IMG/VR virus record: IMGVR_UViG_3300045747_000527
Coordinates: 64,001-128,000 of that record
Source of the DNA: a virus
Strand: one strand, 5' to 3'
DNA: 64,000 nucleotides
Positions 34,982-45,081 of the stretch are shown here, one piece after another (positions within the stretch are counted from its first letter, which is position 1; each line of letters starts with the position of its first letter). The notes below the pieces were generated by a model. That model was given only the letters and a program-made list of their open reading frames with translations. It did no database searches and was not told the DNA's origin. The translations under genes and the position numbers were made by a program.

Positions 34982-36778
34982 CTACAAGATGTACGCAGCT
35001 GTAGGGCGGCGAACGACAAGTGCGATATACTCGCCCCACAACCCTGGCTGATCGAGCATTCCGACATCCCACTTCACCCGTTCCCAGCCCTCGAAGGCTT
35101 TGGCGAATAGGTCCTCCGTGAGGGTGTGCGGGTGGCCGGGCATCTTTGCGGTGTTACGCCACTCGAAAATCCTGACAAGCCGAGCCGCTAGTCCAGCCTT
35201 ACGCAAAATCGACGCAGGGTCTTCGGTATGCTGAAGGCAGTTGTAGATCCAGCACTCGTCCACGTCAACGGTATGTAGATCAGCCACCTCAGCCTTCTGA
35301 TTCATAAAGGCTACACCAGCAGACCTGTACCGCTGCAATGTCTGCTTCGACACGGGCAGTGGATCGACGCCTACCGCGGGGGCGCCATGCCTGTCCGCAC
35401 GTAGAAGCATGGAAGTTGGCCCACACCCGATGTCCAGAACGGTAGTGGGTTTGCCTAGGTCTAGGTCATCTGGCAAACCCATGAGCCGCGCGTAAGTCTC
35501 CTGCTTGCGTACTTCCTCATTCCACCGCTCGTTGGGTTCGAGCCCCCACCAATTGCGCTCGAACTCGGACGCCTCTTCCCACTCTGTTTTGGTCACAGGT
35601 ACAGGCGGAACTTCAAGTGGCCGAGTTAGATCTAAAGGCTCGTGAACACCCTCTGGGTAAACACGACGTCGGCAATCAAGCTGTGTGCGATTGGGATTCT
35701 CCGTGTACCAGCCGGCACCGTTGAGGTTCATCAGACGCTGGAAGTACTCCTCGTACATCAGAGCCACCCGGTCGAGAGAATAATTAGCTAAAGCCCAGTC
35801 ACGACACGCCTTGCGTGAAAGCTTCCCGATATTCTGGGCTGCCCACACAAACTCCTCCATAGTCCGACCAAGATAACCTGTAACACCGTGGACGACCGTC
35901 TCCGGGAAAACACCAAAGTCAGTGGCGATGACCGGCGTTCCAGACATTTGCGCCTCGATATTCACCCCACCGAAAGGCTCGATGTACCACGTAGGGCAAA
36001 GTAACGCCTTCGCGCCGGCCATCAGTTCCTTGCGCTCCTCTACGCCTACGGGAGGGATATACTCAACATGCGAGCCGACCGCGAGGAACGGCGTAGGGTC
36101 ACCCTGTCCCACGATCTTAATCTTCATGCCCACGCGCTTGGCCACATCGCAAGCTACCCCTACGCCCTTGTCTTCGTTCAGTCGCCCAACGAAGAGCAGG
36201 TAGTCTCCAGGTGTCTCTCGGTACTCAAACATATCTGGATCAAACGCATTCGGGATCACAGCGTCGAGCCAGCACTGACCCCCAAACTTGTTCTCCTTGC
36301 CATAAAGCATGTGCGCCCAGGCGTGAGACTCGAAAACACGATACTTCGCCCAGGTATGCGGATATCCGATCCCTGACTCCACCACAAACTGGGGGAGGTC
36401 TTGGACAGCAACTTGTTGCGCCCCTCCCCAGGTCACGCAGATGATCGCCGAGTTGGATTCCGGCGTGCGCTTCAGAATCTCGGCCCGCATGTTGGCCGAG
36501 AATTCATCCATGAACTCTTTGAAGCCAGGGGCCTGCGTTTCGAGGTTGTAGAAGTCGGTATTCTTGGCCCCGCCATACAGGGCCTCCCACCGCTCGGACG
36601 ACATGACCGAAACGTGTTCCGCGCATTCCGGCGTGCTGCCCTCGTTGCCAAGGTGGATGACCTCGTGCCCCCTGCGGTGAAGCATCTTGCACAGGTGGTA
36701 TGCCTTCATCGTGAAAGCGCACGTTGTGAATTCCAGACTGGTTCGAGTGTGCGGCAATCCTAGGACGAAAATCTTCAT
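34982..36778 (-). CDS. GT4-type glycosyltransferase fused to a class I SAM methyltransferase
   Basis: KIFVLGLPHT...CAFTMK, VIPNAFDP, LLFVGRLNEDKG, PTWYIEPFGGVNIEAQMSGTPVIATDFG; C-terminal VLDIGCGP...WIYNCLQH. Confidence 0.9.
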   Translation of the reverse strand: MKIFVLGLPHTRTSLEFTTCAFTMKAYHLCKMLHRRGHEVIHLGNEGSTPECAEHVSVMSSERWEALYGGAKNTDFYNLETQAPGFKEFMDEFSANMRAEILKRTPESNSAIICVTWGGAQQVAVQDLPQFVVESGIGYPHTWAKYRVFESHAWAHMLYGKENKFGGQCWLDAVIPNAFDPDMFEYRETPGDYLLFVGRLNEDKGVGVACDVAKRVGMKIKIVGQGDPTPFLAVGSHVEYIPPVGVEERKELMAGAKALLCPTWYIEPFGGVNIEAQMSGTPVIATDFGVFPETVVHGVTGYLGRTMEEFVWAAQNIGKLSRKACRDWALANYSLDRVALMYEEYFQRLMNLNGAGWYTENPNRTQLDCRRRVYPEGVHEPLDLTRPLEVPPVPVTKTEWEEASEFERNWWGLEPNERWNEEVRKQETYARLMGLPDDLDLGKPTTVLDIGCGPTSMLLRADRHGAPAVGVDPLPVSKQTLQRYRSAGVAFMNQKAEVADLHTVDVDECWIYNCLQHTEDPASILRKAGLAARLVRIFEWRNTAKMPGHPHTLTEDLFAKAFEGWERVKWDVGMLDQPGLWGEYIALVVRRPTAAYIL

Positions 36779-36807
36779 GCTTGGATGTTTCCTTTCAGGA
36801 CATGCTG

Positions 36808-39800
36808 TCAACGGCACATCATAAGCCAGAACCCGGCTGGTGTTGCGGCGGGCGGAGCCGCAGATTGCATATTGTACGCCTCAAACTCGGCGAGGCCCAC
36901 GCCGCTGGTCAGTGCGCTGACGGCGGTGACGGTCAATCGAATCCAGGTCACCGTGCGGGCCGAGAAATCGAACACGCAGGACCGCGCTTGGTTGTCGATT
37001 GCGGGGATGTAAAACGGAGCAGACCCGTCGCTGAACGTGATGGTCGCGCCTTGCATCCAGTCGTTGGGATTTCCGCGATCCCACAGCACGATCCGATTGA
37101 TGGTTTGTGCGCTCCCCCAGGTCAGTTGAATCCACTCGCCAATACCACCCGAAGATGCCCATTCGTTAGTTCCTGCTCCGTAGGGATACCAGGCGAAAAC
37201 ATTGTCAATCGCTGCGGATGCCGGGTTTGCTGCGGTCGATGATGTTGCGGTTGCAGTTAGGGCGAGGTCTGGGGCGCCGAGGCTGTACGCCTCAAATTCC
37301 ATCAGGCCGACGGCGGTGGCACCGGCCGCAGCGGTCGATACGGTGAACTGCACCCACGTCACCGTGCGAGCGGCAGCGAGCGTGATCACGTTCGGCAACA
37401 TCGAGACGTTGCCGCCCGTGGCAGAGAACGCGGTGAAAGTCGGCACAGCTACGTTGCTACCGGCATCACTGAATGAGAGGGAGCCTGCTGTGATCAATTG
37501 CGCCGCTGCCGCGCGCCCGAAAAGGACCAATCGATCGATGGTCTGAGGGGTGGCCCACGTCAGCCGAATCCATGCGCCCGCACCTTCGGTAGAAACCCAC
37601 TCGTTCGCGGCACCCGTCGGGCCAGCGGTCCCGTCAATCACGCCATCGACCGCGCGCGCGGCGGTGGTGCTCCCGGTGCTCACCGTGACAGTGGCCTGCG
37701 GGGCGAGGTCAATCGCGCGCGGGTTGTTGAGATAGACGAGAGCCGTATCCGCCGCGCTCCACGTGGCACCAGAATCGTCGGAAACTCTTAGCTCGAAAAC
37801 AAGTTCTTGGGCGAGCCATCCCGCAGTGGTCGCCGCTGTGGATGGAGCCGTGAATGTTGGGCTGGCCACGGTCGCGCTGGAAAGCGTAGCCGTCGGACCT
37901 GCGATTTGCTGCCACCAGTACGAGATAGATCCGCCGCCCGGCTTGTGACTTCCGGATCCGTCGAGCGTAACCGTCGTGCCCTGAACGGCATCCTGGACTG
38001 AACCCGCCCGAGCCACCGGGGGATTGGCAGCGCCGAGTGGACGTGATGCCCAAAAGACCTCGTCCGCGTGAAGGAAAAGACTGAGGAACGGATCGGTGCC
38101 CCCGCCTTGTGTGGAGTGCGCGGCCAGCGAAGTGAATTTCGTGTTTGGAAGAGCCGCGTATCCAGCATTACTCAGGGGCAGCCGCATCGACGGCAGCACG
38201 TCGATCCTGAAGCTATCATTCCACACAAGATCCGTCGAGCCTAGGTGCGCGGGCGCTGTCTGGTAGGTCAGCGGATTTGTGGCCAGGGGCCATGTGACTG
38301 CGCCGCCTACGGTGTTGTCCCAGACGATTGTTTCGAGCAGTACCGGGTTATAGGTAGGGTTCGTCCCTGCGACAATTGCGAGCGCGTCCGTGACTGCGTT
38401 GAATGTTGCCTTGTGCGACTCGTGCGTGTCCCAATCGCTGGTCGTGAGAATTGTGTCGGGGAGAAATGTTCCGATCACTTCCGCTAGATCGTGAACAAAG
38501 TTGTACCAGTTATACGTCGCATGAACCCCACTGTGCGCGTAAGCGTGCCACTCGGCGCTGCCTAGTCCCCTCGTGCCGTAGGTGTGATTCGTGCTTGTTG
38601 ACGGTGCGGTGTAGGTGTCGCCAGAATTTGGGTAAGTGTCGTGGAGGATTTGTAGGTAGCTGTCGGGGTAGCCCAGGAAAATGCAATGGTCTTCTGCTGT
38701 CCCGAGGTTGGCTTGCGCGGCGACGCCTTCGCCCTGCCTGGTCCCGCCTGCCGCCAGCCCGCCAAAATCCCCGTTGGTCGTAAAAACTACTCGGACCGTG
38801 GAGCCGTCGTTGTTCGCTCTGTAGGTAACACCGGCAAACGCGATTATGTCGTCGTCAGGATGGGGAGAGATCACCATCATGTTGTTGGTGACGAGCGCCG
38901 TATATGTCGATGTCGATGGATTGATCCACGACTGCGCGTTGGTGACTGTGAGTGTGACGGTTCCGAGCCCGGCCGGGGTGTACGTGAACGTGAAGCCTGT
39001 AGCTGCGTTCGCGGGCGTGACAACGCACGTCCCTGTGCCTGGACTTCCGACCGACGGAGTGAAAGCCCCTCCCGCTCCTCCGTCGCTTAGAGTGACAGTC
39101 TCGGACCCGTTGAACGTGTCGGCAACGAGTCCGACTGTGAAGTTCGACGAAGCTACGCCGTTTCCGCCAAAGACAGGCCCCGTTTTGGTGAGCTGTTGGA
39201 ATGGGACAAGAATGTACGTCCACGCAACGTAATTGTCTGCGGATTGGGCCGTCTGTGAAAGCGTCGCCGTGCCGACGGCACCGGCACCCATCCCGTCTCG
39301 ATAGGTCGCGCCGAACGAATAGCCGTTGGCGGTAGAGTTAACGTTGCATTGGGTGCCGTTGATGATGTACGCAGCTGATGCGTCCGACTTGGTGTTAGGG
39401 GTGTTGTTGTCTGCCGTCGCGTACATGCGCAAGAGAACGCGGTCAGGCCCGCCCGACGTTGCAGTGGGTGCCGTCATTGTCGCCGTGGGGGACGCTCCGA
39501 CTACCGTGACGGCGCTCGCCTCGACCTGTGTCGCGGCCCAGGCTCCGGTGGGTGAACGCTCAACAAACCCAACGACGCCCCATGTGAACAAAGAGCCGCT
39601 AACTGTGAACGTGGCAGTGGTGGAGTCCGCATTGCCTGCACCCCACGTCTTTTTGTAGATGGCGAAATGGTGAGTCGTGTCTGGCGACTGATCACCGTTG
39701 GCGTCGAGAAGCGTCCACCCCTGCCCCGTTGGCGGGGTGAACGTGGCAGCGTTCGCGCTCGCGAAGTTAGCAAAGCACACGGCAAACAGCAGATCCCCAC

Positions 39801-39903
39801 TCTGGGGCGTGAAGGCCGCGCCCGCGAGAGTGGAGAAATTGAGCGCCCTGGTTGCCCCAGTGGTTCCCGATACTGTAGCCGTGCGACCCTGCGAAGACGC
39901 CAT
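36808..39903 (-). CDS. Multidomain tail-associated protein: anchor-like domain, Ig-like, PIG-L/LmbE deacetylase, PKD, two discoidin/CBM32-like domains
   Basis: ISPHPDDD, FTTNGD, RQGEGVAA, FLGYPDS and THESH (PIG-L metal-binding motifs); VTLDGSGS...WQQIAGP (PKD); two AxDG/AIDN...EWxS...WIxLTW...IxRxVL repeats. Confidence 0.85.
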   Translation of the reverse strand: MASSQGRTATVSGTTGATRALNFSTLAGAAFTPQSGDLLFAVCFANFASANAATFTPPTGQGWTLLDANGDQSPDTTHHFAIYKKTWGAGNADSTTATFTVSGSLFTWGVVGFVERSPTGAWAATQVEASAVTVVGASPTATMTAPTATSGGPDRVLLRMYATADNNTPNTKSDASAAYIINGTQCNVNSTANGYSFGATYRDGMGAGAVGTATLSQTAQSADNYVAWTYILVPFQQLTKTGPVFGGNGVASSNFTVGLVADTFNGSETVTLSDGGAGGAFTPSVGSPGTGTCVVTPANAATGFTFTYTPAGLGTVTLTVTNAQSWINPSTSTYTALVTNNMMVISPHPDDDIIAFAGVTYRANNDGSTVRVVFTTNGDFGGLAAGGTRQGEGVAAQANLGTAEDHCIFLGYPDSYLQILHDTYPNSGDTYTAPSTSTNHTYGTRGLGSAEWHAYAHSGVHATYNWYNFVHDLAEVIGTFLPDTILTTSDWDTHESHKATFNAVTDALAIVAGTNPTYNPVLLETIVWDNTVGGAVTWPLATNPLTYQTAPAHLGSTDLVWNDSFRIDVLPSMRLPLSNAGYAALPNTKFTSLAAHSTQGGGTDPFLSLFLHADEVFWASRPLGAANPPVARAGSVQDAVQGTTVTLDGSGSHKPGGGSISYWWQQIAGPTATLSSATVASPTFTAPSTAATTAGWLAQELVFELRVSDDSGATWSAADTALVYLNNPRAIDLAPQATVTVSTGSTTAARAVDGVIDGTAGPTGAANEWVSTEGAGAWIRLTWATPQTIDRLVLFGRAAAAQLITAGSLSFSDAGSNVAVPTFTAFSATGGNVSMLPNVITLAAARTVTWVQFTVSTAAAGATAVGLMEFEAYSLGAPDLALTATATSSTAANPASAAIDNVFAWYPYGAGTNEWASSGGIGEWIQLTWGSAQTINRIVLWDRGNPNDWMQGATITFSDGSAPFYIPAIDNQARSCVFDFSARTVTWIRLTVTAVSALTSGVGLAEFEAYNMQSAAPPAATPAGFWLMMCR

Positions 39904-42900
39904 TATGCGTTCTGCCCGACGATGAACCCGTCGTAGGTGTTTGTTCCGGTACGAATGAATCCGAACGTATCGCGCTTACTGACCGTTGCGGTTAGGGTCG
40001 GGGCGCTTCCTCCCGCCCATCGCACGGTCGCAAACCATCCTGCGATGGTCGAAACCACGGCGCCCTGGAGAATCTGCACAATGAAACACTGGTTGTTTGT
40101 AGCTCCGGTGACTGTGAATGTGATTGCCGTCCCACTCGCATGCCCCGTGACTAGGTGGATGTTGTGCCCGGTGCAGTCAAGCGCGACGGTCTGAGAACCA
40201 GACGATGGCGTGTATGTTGACCCTGTTTCTGTCGATGTGGCTGGACCCGTTGCGCCTGTTGTTCCGGCTGACCCTGTTGCGCCTGTCACTCCTGCCCCCG
40301 TAGCCCCACTAACTCCGCTCGGACCCGTTGCGCCTGATACTCCAGAAACGCCCGCCCCTGTTGCTCCGCTTACTCCCGCCGATCCTGCCGCACCTGAAGG
40401 GCCAGTTGCCCCACTGACTCCGGCGCCCGTCGCTCCCGTTGTGCCAGCTGCACCCGCCGAGCCAGATGGTCCCGTCGCGCCAGAAACACCGTTTGTACCT
40501 GCGCCAGTTGCACCCGCTGCGCCAGCTGTTCCACTTGGACCTGTGGCACCAGTAACACCACTAACGCCTGTAGTACCTGCGCCAGCTGTTCCACTTGGGC
40601 CTGTAGCTCCCGACACTCCCGACACTCCTACGCCAGTGGCTCCGCTAACACCTGCTGCGCCAGCTGTTCCACTTGGGCCCGTGGCCCCAGTTACACCCGA
40701 GACGCCAGCCCCCGTTGCACCAGTTACGCCCGAGACGCCAGTAGTACCTACGCCAGTAGCTCCGCTTACGCCTGCTGCGCCAGCCGTTCCACTAGGCCCA
40801 GTTGCCCCACTTACACCCGAAACACCGGCTCCTGTAGCTCCAGCATTACCCGCAGGGCCTGTAGCGCCAGTAGCTCCTGTTTGTCCCGAAGCTCCTCCAC
40901 CTGGCCCTGTAGCTCCAACAAAACCAGTAGCTCCTGTTACGCCAGCACCAGTGGCCCCAGTAATACCACTTGGACCTGTGGCCCCACTTACACCCGAAAC
41001 ACCAGTAGTACCTACGCCAGTTGCTCCGCTAACACCATTAGTGCCAGCAGTACCAGATGGGCCTGTGGCCCCTGAAACTCCTGTAGTACCTATGCCAGTA
41101 GCTCCACTTACTCCACTTGGCCCAGTAGCGCCTGCTGCGCCAGCGCCTACCGGAGACAGAAAATAAGATGCGTGCGTATTTCCGTCATGGATAAAGTGAA
41201 CAATACGATTTGCTCCTGATGTGGTTTGGGCGAACACCTTAACCACAATCCGATCAGTAGCAAGCATGGAGGTAGCTGACGTCGTAGTGTACGTCAGGGA
41301 AGAAAATGCAACTGCAAGATCAGCTATAGTAGGAGACGTAACATTGAAAACTTCCGTCTCTACTCCACCCACTGTCCGCGTATACACACGGAAAACGATG
41401 GTCGATGCCCCGACTGCGCTGTCAACGTAACGCCAAAAATTGAACACCCATAGTCCCGCAGGAAGAGCAGTTATCCCCGGATAACCAACATTCGTCGCAT
41501 AGGCTTCGATCAGTACCTGACCTGTACCGCTGTTGACTGTTGCAGTATCGTTGTTCTCAGTGCTGGATGCAGGAGTTGGTACAAGCTGAAAGTAAGTCGA
41601 GATACTAGAAGCTGCATCTTGAAACCAAATGTTTGTTCCTGGGCTTCCCGCAGCACCTGTTGGACCTGTCGCACCCGAAACTCCACCTGTGCCCGCTGAC
41701 CCGCTTGGGCCGGTTGCCCCCGAAACACCCGCTGACCCCGCAGAGCCGGATGGACCGGTAGCTCCAGTCACGCCTACGCCGGTCGCCCCGCTCACACCCG
41801 CCGTACCAGCAGAACCTGACGGCCCAGTGGCTCCTGTGGCACCTGAAACCCCCACAGTGCCAGCACCAGTTGCCCCGGTAACTCCTGCCGTGCCTGCCGT
41901 TCCGGAGGGTCCAGTTGCGCCGGATACGCCGCCTGTACCTGCCGATCCACTGGGACCTGTGGCCCCCGAGACGCCCACACCGGTTGCCCCACTTACTCCT
42001 GCAGTACCGGCAGTGCCGCTAGGTCCAGTAGCCCCTACAGAACCAATCCCTGTAGGTCCTGTCGTGCCCAGATCTCCGGTTCTCTCGTAACAAAGAGTTA
42101 CGCCAGCATTGTTCGTAAATGGTGAAGACGCTGAGCTCCCTACATTCGTTACCGTGATGTTCTTGTAGCCCGCGGGGCTAGCCACAGACGCTACGGTAAA
42201 CAACAACCAGTTGGCTAAGTTGTTAGTCTGCACAAGGCGTATGTGGCCTTTGACGGTGCTGGATGAATCCGCCAGAGTCGCAAGAACGGCAGCCCATGAC
42301 GTCGAGCTGAGATCAGTATTTGAGGCTCTGATAACGGTGGACGCGTTCTCTGTAGCACTGCTCAACCGCAGAAATCCCGCCCCTGGATCAGCGTCAGTAG
42401 TCGTTGTTGAGAAGGTGTAATTGATCGTCACCCCGCCGCCAAACCCTCCAACTGCACCTGTAGCGCCGGAAGTGCCTGTAGCGCCGCTCACTCCCTGAGC
42501 CCCGCCCCCGCCTGACGGCCCCGTTGCTCCGGTAACTCCCACCGTACCGGCACCTCCGGACGGACCTGTCGCTCCAGACACTCCCGCTGTACCTGCTGTG
42601 CCGCTAGGTCCAGTAGCCCCAGATACACCGGCAGAACCAGCCAACCCACTGGGTCCCGTTGCCCCCGAGACCCCAGCGCCCGTCGCACCGGATACGCCAG
42701 TAGCTCCAACAACACCCGAAGGACCCGTCGCACCCGAAACTCCACCACCTGGACCAGTGGCTCCGACAAACCCAGTTGCCCCAGTAACTCCGGCCCCCGT
42801 TGCCCCTACGCTGCCACTTGGGCCCGTAGCTCCAGACGCGCCAGTTACCCCGGCCCCTGTCGCACCAGTTACCCCGGCTCCTCCGGCTGAACCACTCGGC

Positions 42901-44093
42901 CCGGTTGCTCCCGTAACCCCCGCTCCGGTACCTCCTGCCGTACCAAGATCTCCTGTCCGCGAATGGCAGAGGGTCACTGGAGCATTGTTCGCGAACGGAG
43001 ACGCAGCCGAACTCCCGATATTGGCCACGGTAATGTTCTTGTATCCCGTGGGGCTGGCAACCGCCGAAACTGTAAAGAGCAACCAGTTAGCCTGGTTGTT
43101 CGTCTGCACCAAACGGATGTGCCCCTTGACCGTACTCGTAGAGTCAGCCAACGTCGCAAGCACCGCGGCCCATGACACCGCGCTTAGATCAGTGTTTGAT
43201 GCCCGAATGACAGTTGAAGCGTTCTCTGTGGCATTGCTCAAACGCAGGAACCCAGCGCCAGGATCTGCGTCAGTCGTGGTTGTAGAAAATGTGTAACTAA
43301 TGGTGACGGCGCCGCCGAATGGACCGGTAACCCCCGATGGCCCCGTAGCCCCTACGCCGGTACTGCCCGTCGTCCCTGCCCCAGTCGCCCCTGCAGTGCC
43401 TGACACCCCTACAGCGCCACTCGGCCCCGTGGCACCTGATACGCCAGATGAACCTGTGGCTCCGCTGACACCAGCCGTACCAGCAGATCCAGACGGACCA
43501 GTCGCACCCGATACGCCAGAACCCGTAGCACCTGTTGCCCCAGCTGCTCCTCCCAAACCAGAAGGCCCCGTAGCTCCTGAAACGCCAATACCCGTCGCGC
43601 CTGCCGTACCCAGACCTCCCGATGGCCCAGTTGCGCCAGATACGCCCGAAACACCAACGCCAGGTGCCCCCGTAGCGCCGCTCAAGCCAGTCGCGCCAGC
43701 CGACCCGCTCGGGCCAGTAGCCCCCGATACTCCAGCCCCTGGTACACCAGTAGCGCCACTCAGTCCAGACGCGCCAGCTAAACCACTGGGACCGGTCGCA
43801 CCAGATACCCCAGCCCCCGTCGCACCGGTAGCACCTATGCCTGCGGGACCGCTTGGCCCGGTAGCGCCTGTCGTTCCAGCACCAGCGGCACCAGTAGCTC
43901 CCATCGACCCACTCGTTCCAGCAGACCCGCTGGGTCCTGTCGCACCCGTAGTTCCGGCACCGGAAGATCCAGGTGACCCCGACGGCCCAGTAGGACCCGT
44001 AGGCCCCGTAGGACCTGGGTACCCTGGCAAAGAAACACGCATCCCCACCGCTTTAGGAATACCTACAGGGACTACTTTAATCGTTTTGCCCAT
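39903..44093 (-). CDS. Collagen-like tail fibre (GAT/GPS/GVS triplets) with globular inserts
   Basis: Hundreds of residues of interrupted G-X-Y repeats; C-terminal [11 protein letters not shown]...RDTFGFI fibre domain; TAATG overlap with the next gene. Confidence 0.9.
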   Translation of the reverse strand: MGKTIKVVPVGIPKAVGMRVSLPGYPGPTGPTGPTGPSGSPGSSGAGTTGATGPSGSAGTSGSMGATGAAGAGTTGATGPSGPAGIGATGATGAGVSGATGPSGLAGASGLSGATGVPGAGVSGATGPSGSAGATGLSGATGAPGVGVSGVSGATGPSGGLGTAGATGIGVSGATGPSGLGGAAGATGATGSGVSGATGPSGSAGTAGVSGATGSSGVSGATGPSGAVGVSGTAGATGAGTTGSTGVGATGPSGVTGPFGGAVTISYTFSTTTTDADPGAGFLRLSNATENASTVIRASNTDLSAVSWAAVLATLADSTSTVKGHIRLVQTNNQANWLLFTVSAVASPTGYKNITVANIGSSAASPFANNAPVTLCHSRTGDLGTAGGTGAGVTGATGPSGSAGGAGVTGATGAGVTGASGATGPSGSVGATGAGVTGATGFVGATGPGGGVSGATGPSGVVGATGVSGATGAGVSGATGPSGLAGSAGVSGATGPSGTAGTAGVSGATGPSGGAGTVGVTGATGPSGGGGAQGVSGATGTSGATGAVGGFGGGVTINYTFSTTTTDADPGAGFLRLSSATENASTVIRASNTDLSSTSWAAVLATLADSSSTVKGHIRLVQTNNLANWLLFTVASVASPAGYKNITVTNVGSSASSPFTNNAGVTLCYERTGDLGTTGPTGIGSVGATGPSGTAGTAGVSGATGVGVSGATGPSGSAGTGGVSGATGPSGTAGTAGVTGATGAGTVGVSGATGATGPSGSAGTAGVSGATGVGVTGATGPSGSAGSAGVSGATGPSGSAGTGGVSGATGPTGAAGSPGTNIWFQDAASSISTYFQLVPTPASSTENNDTATVNSGTGQVLIEAYATNVGYPGITALPAGLWVFNFWRYVDSAVGASTIVFRVYTRTVGGVETEVFNVTSPTIADLAVAFSSLTYTTTSATSMLATDRIVVKVFAQTTSGANRIVHFIHDGNTHASYFLSPVGAGAAGATGPSGVSGATGIGTTGVSGATGPSGTAGTNGVSGATGVGTTGVSGVSGATGPSGITGATGAGVTGATGFVGATGPGGGASGQTGATGATGPAGNAGATGAGVSGVSGATGPSGTAGAAGVSGATGVGTTGVSGVTGATGAGVSGVTGATGPSGTAGAAGVSGATGVGVSGVSGATGPSGTAGAGTTGVSGVTGATGPSGTAGAAGATGAGTNGVSGATGPSGSAGAAGTTGATGAGVSGATGPSGAAGSAGVSGATGAGVSGVSGATGPSGVSGATGAGVTGATGSAGTTGATGPATSTETGSTYTPSSGSQTVALDCTGHNIHLVTGHASGTAITFTVTGATNNQCFIVQILQGAVVSTIAGWFATVRWAGGSAPTLTATVSKRDTFGFIRTGTNTYDGFIVGQNA
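42068..43316 (-). repeat. Duplicated ~125-aa globular domain inside the collagen fibre (about 42068-42440 and 42943-43316)
   Basis: [45 protein letters not shown]...[20 protein letters not shown]...VTLCxxRTGDLG occurs twice. Confidence 0.92.
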
Positions 44094-44691
44094 CAGAACT
44101 CCATACGCGCGTATCCAGTGGGGCCTCTATGCACGAGTTATCCTCGCAAACGTCATTACTTGGTCTCGCCGTAGCCATGGACACACTCGTGTCCTCAACA
44201 CCAAGCTGGTACTCATGGTCACTGACTGGGAACTCTATGTGCCACGGCTCGATCAAGTAGGGATGGGCACCGTACTGATCCATGTTGGCCACCAGCCAAC
44301 GGTACAGCGGCGTTGATCTCTGCTGGGCAATTGTGGCTGACCGTGGCTCCAAACCACCGCACCCTAGATCTACTGCTAGACCAGTCTCATGCGGAGAATC
44401 GAAGGCCAAGTACAGCCGCCCTTTGGCCACCGAACCGTACTGACTAATCAGCCGCTGCTCGTACTGCTGCCTAGAAGTCCATCTATGTGGTCGCCAACCT
44501 GATGCTGCTGCACCCACGTACCCAAACGCGTCCAGGATAGCGTCAGAAAGTCTGCCGAACTTCTTGGCCGCGACTACATGCATTCTCTGCTGTGGATACC
44601 CAACCGCCGTTGGCACGGGCACGAGTAGACCCGATGCTCTGGGCAAAGACCCAAACGCAGCAACAGTAACTCGACTTTCGGTGTAGCTCAT
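44077..44691 (-). CDS. Endolysin, Zn-dependent peptidase M15 (VanY-like)
   Basis: [14 protein letters not shown] (SxHx6D), YRWL, EPWH (ExxH); SD GAGG. Confidence 0.88.
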   Translation of the reverse strand: MSYTESRVTVAAFGSLPRASGLLVPVPTAVGYPQQRMHVVAAKKFGRLSDAILDAFGYVGAAASGWRPHRWTSRQQYEQRLISQYGSVAKGRLYLAFDSPHETGLAVDLGCGGLEPRSATIAQQRSTPLYRWLVANMDQYGAHPYLIEPWHIEFPVSDHEYQLGVEDTSVSMATARPSNDVCEDNSCIEAPLDTRVWSSDGQND

Positions 44692-44768
44692 GCGACCTCT
44701 CACACCTTAGTATAGCCAAAGCCGTCTACCCCAGGAAGGGTCAGCCACCTGGGGTTTGATCAACGACC

Positions 44769-45029
44769 TTACACCTTTGGCACAGGTGGTATCTGCACTG
44801 CGGGACCAGGCACATCCTGGCCGGGCAAAATCGCGGAACCTGCCCGCGGCATGACTGGCGCTAGACCAGCCACAAGACGGGGGTTTGTCAAAACTGCTAG
44901 GCCGCCACCGAGCAATGCCACGACAAGGGCCCGCCAGTCGAACGGCACTGCTAGTGCTGTGGGCGCTACGATCAATCCTAGCGCCAAGATGCCCTGAATT
45001 GTCTGCCTGATCATACGTGGGTCTCTCAT
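44769..45029 (-). CDS. Holin candidate (two TM helices)
   Basis: ILALGLIVAPTALAV and ALVVALLGGGLAVL; directly upstream of the endolysin; AAGGAG SD. Confidence 0.6.
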   Translation of the reverse strand: MRDPRMIRQTIQGILALGLIVAPTALAVPFDWRALVVALLGGGLAVLTNPRLVAGLAPVMPRAGSAILPGQDVPGPAVQIPPVPKV

Positions 45030-45081
45030 GACATTCTCCTTCTTTTACTAACCGATGCTCAGTCCTTGGTGGTGTTCGCTG

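Noticed and set aside
40210-44316. Long Pro-rich + strand ORFs (40210, 41629, 42598, 43300)
   Set aside because: Antisense shadows of the collagen G-X-Y repeats.
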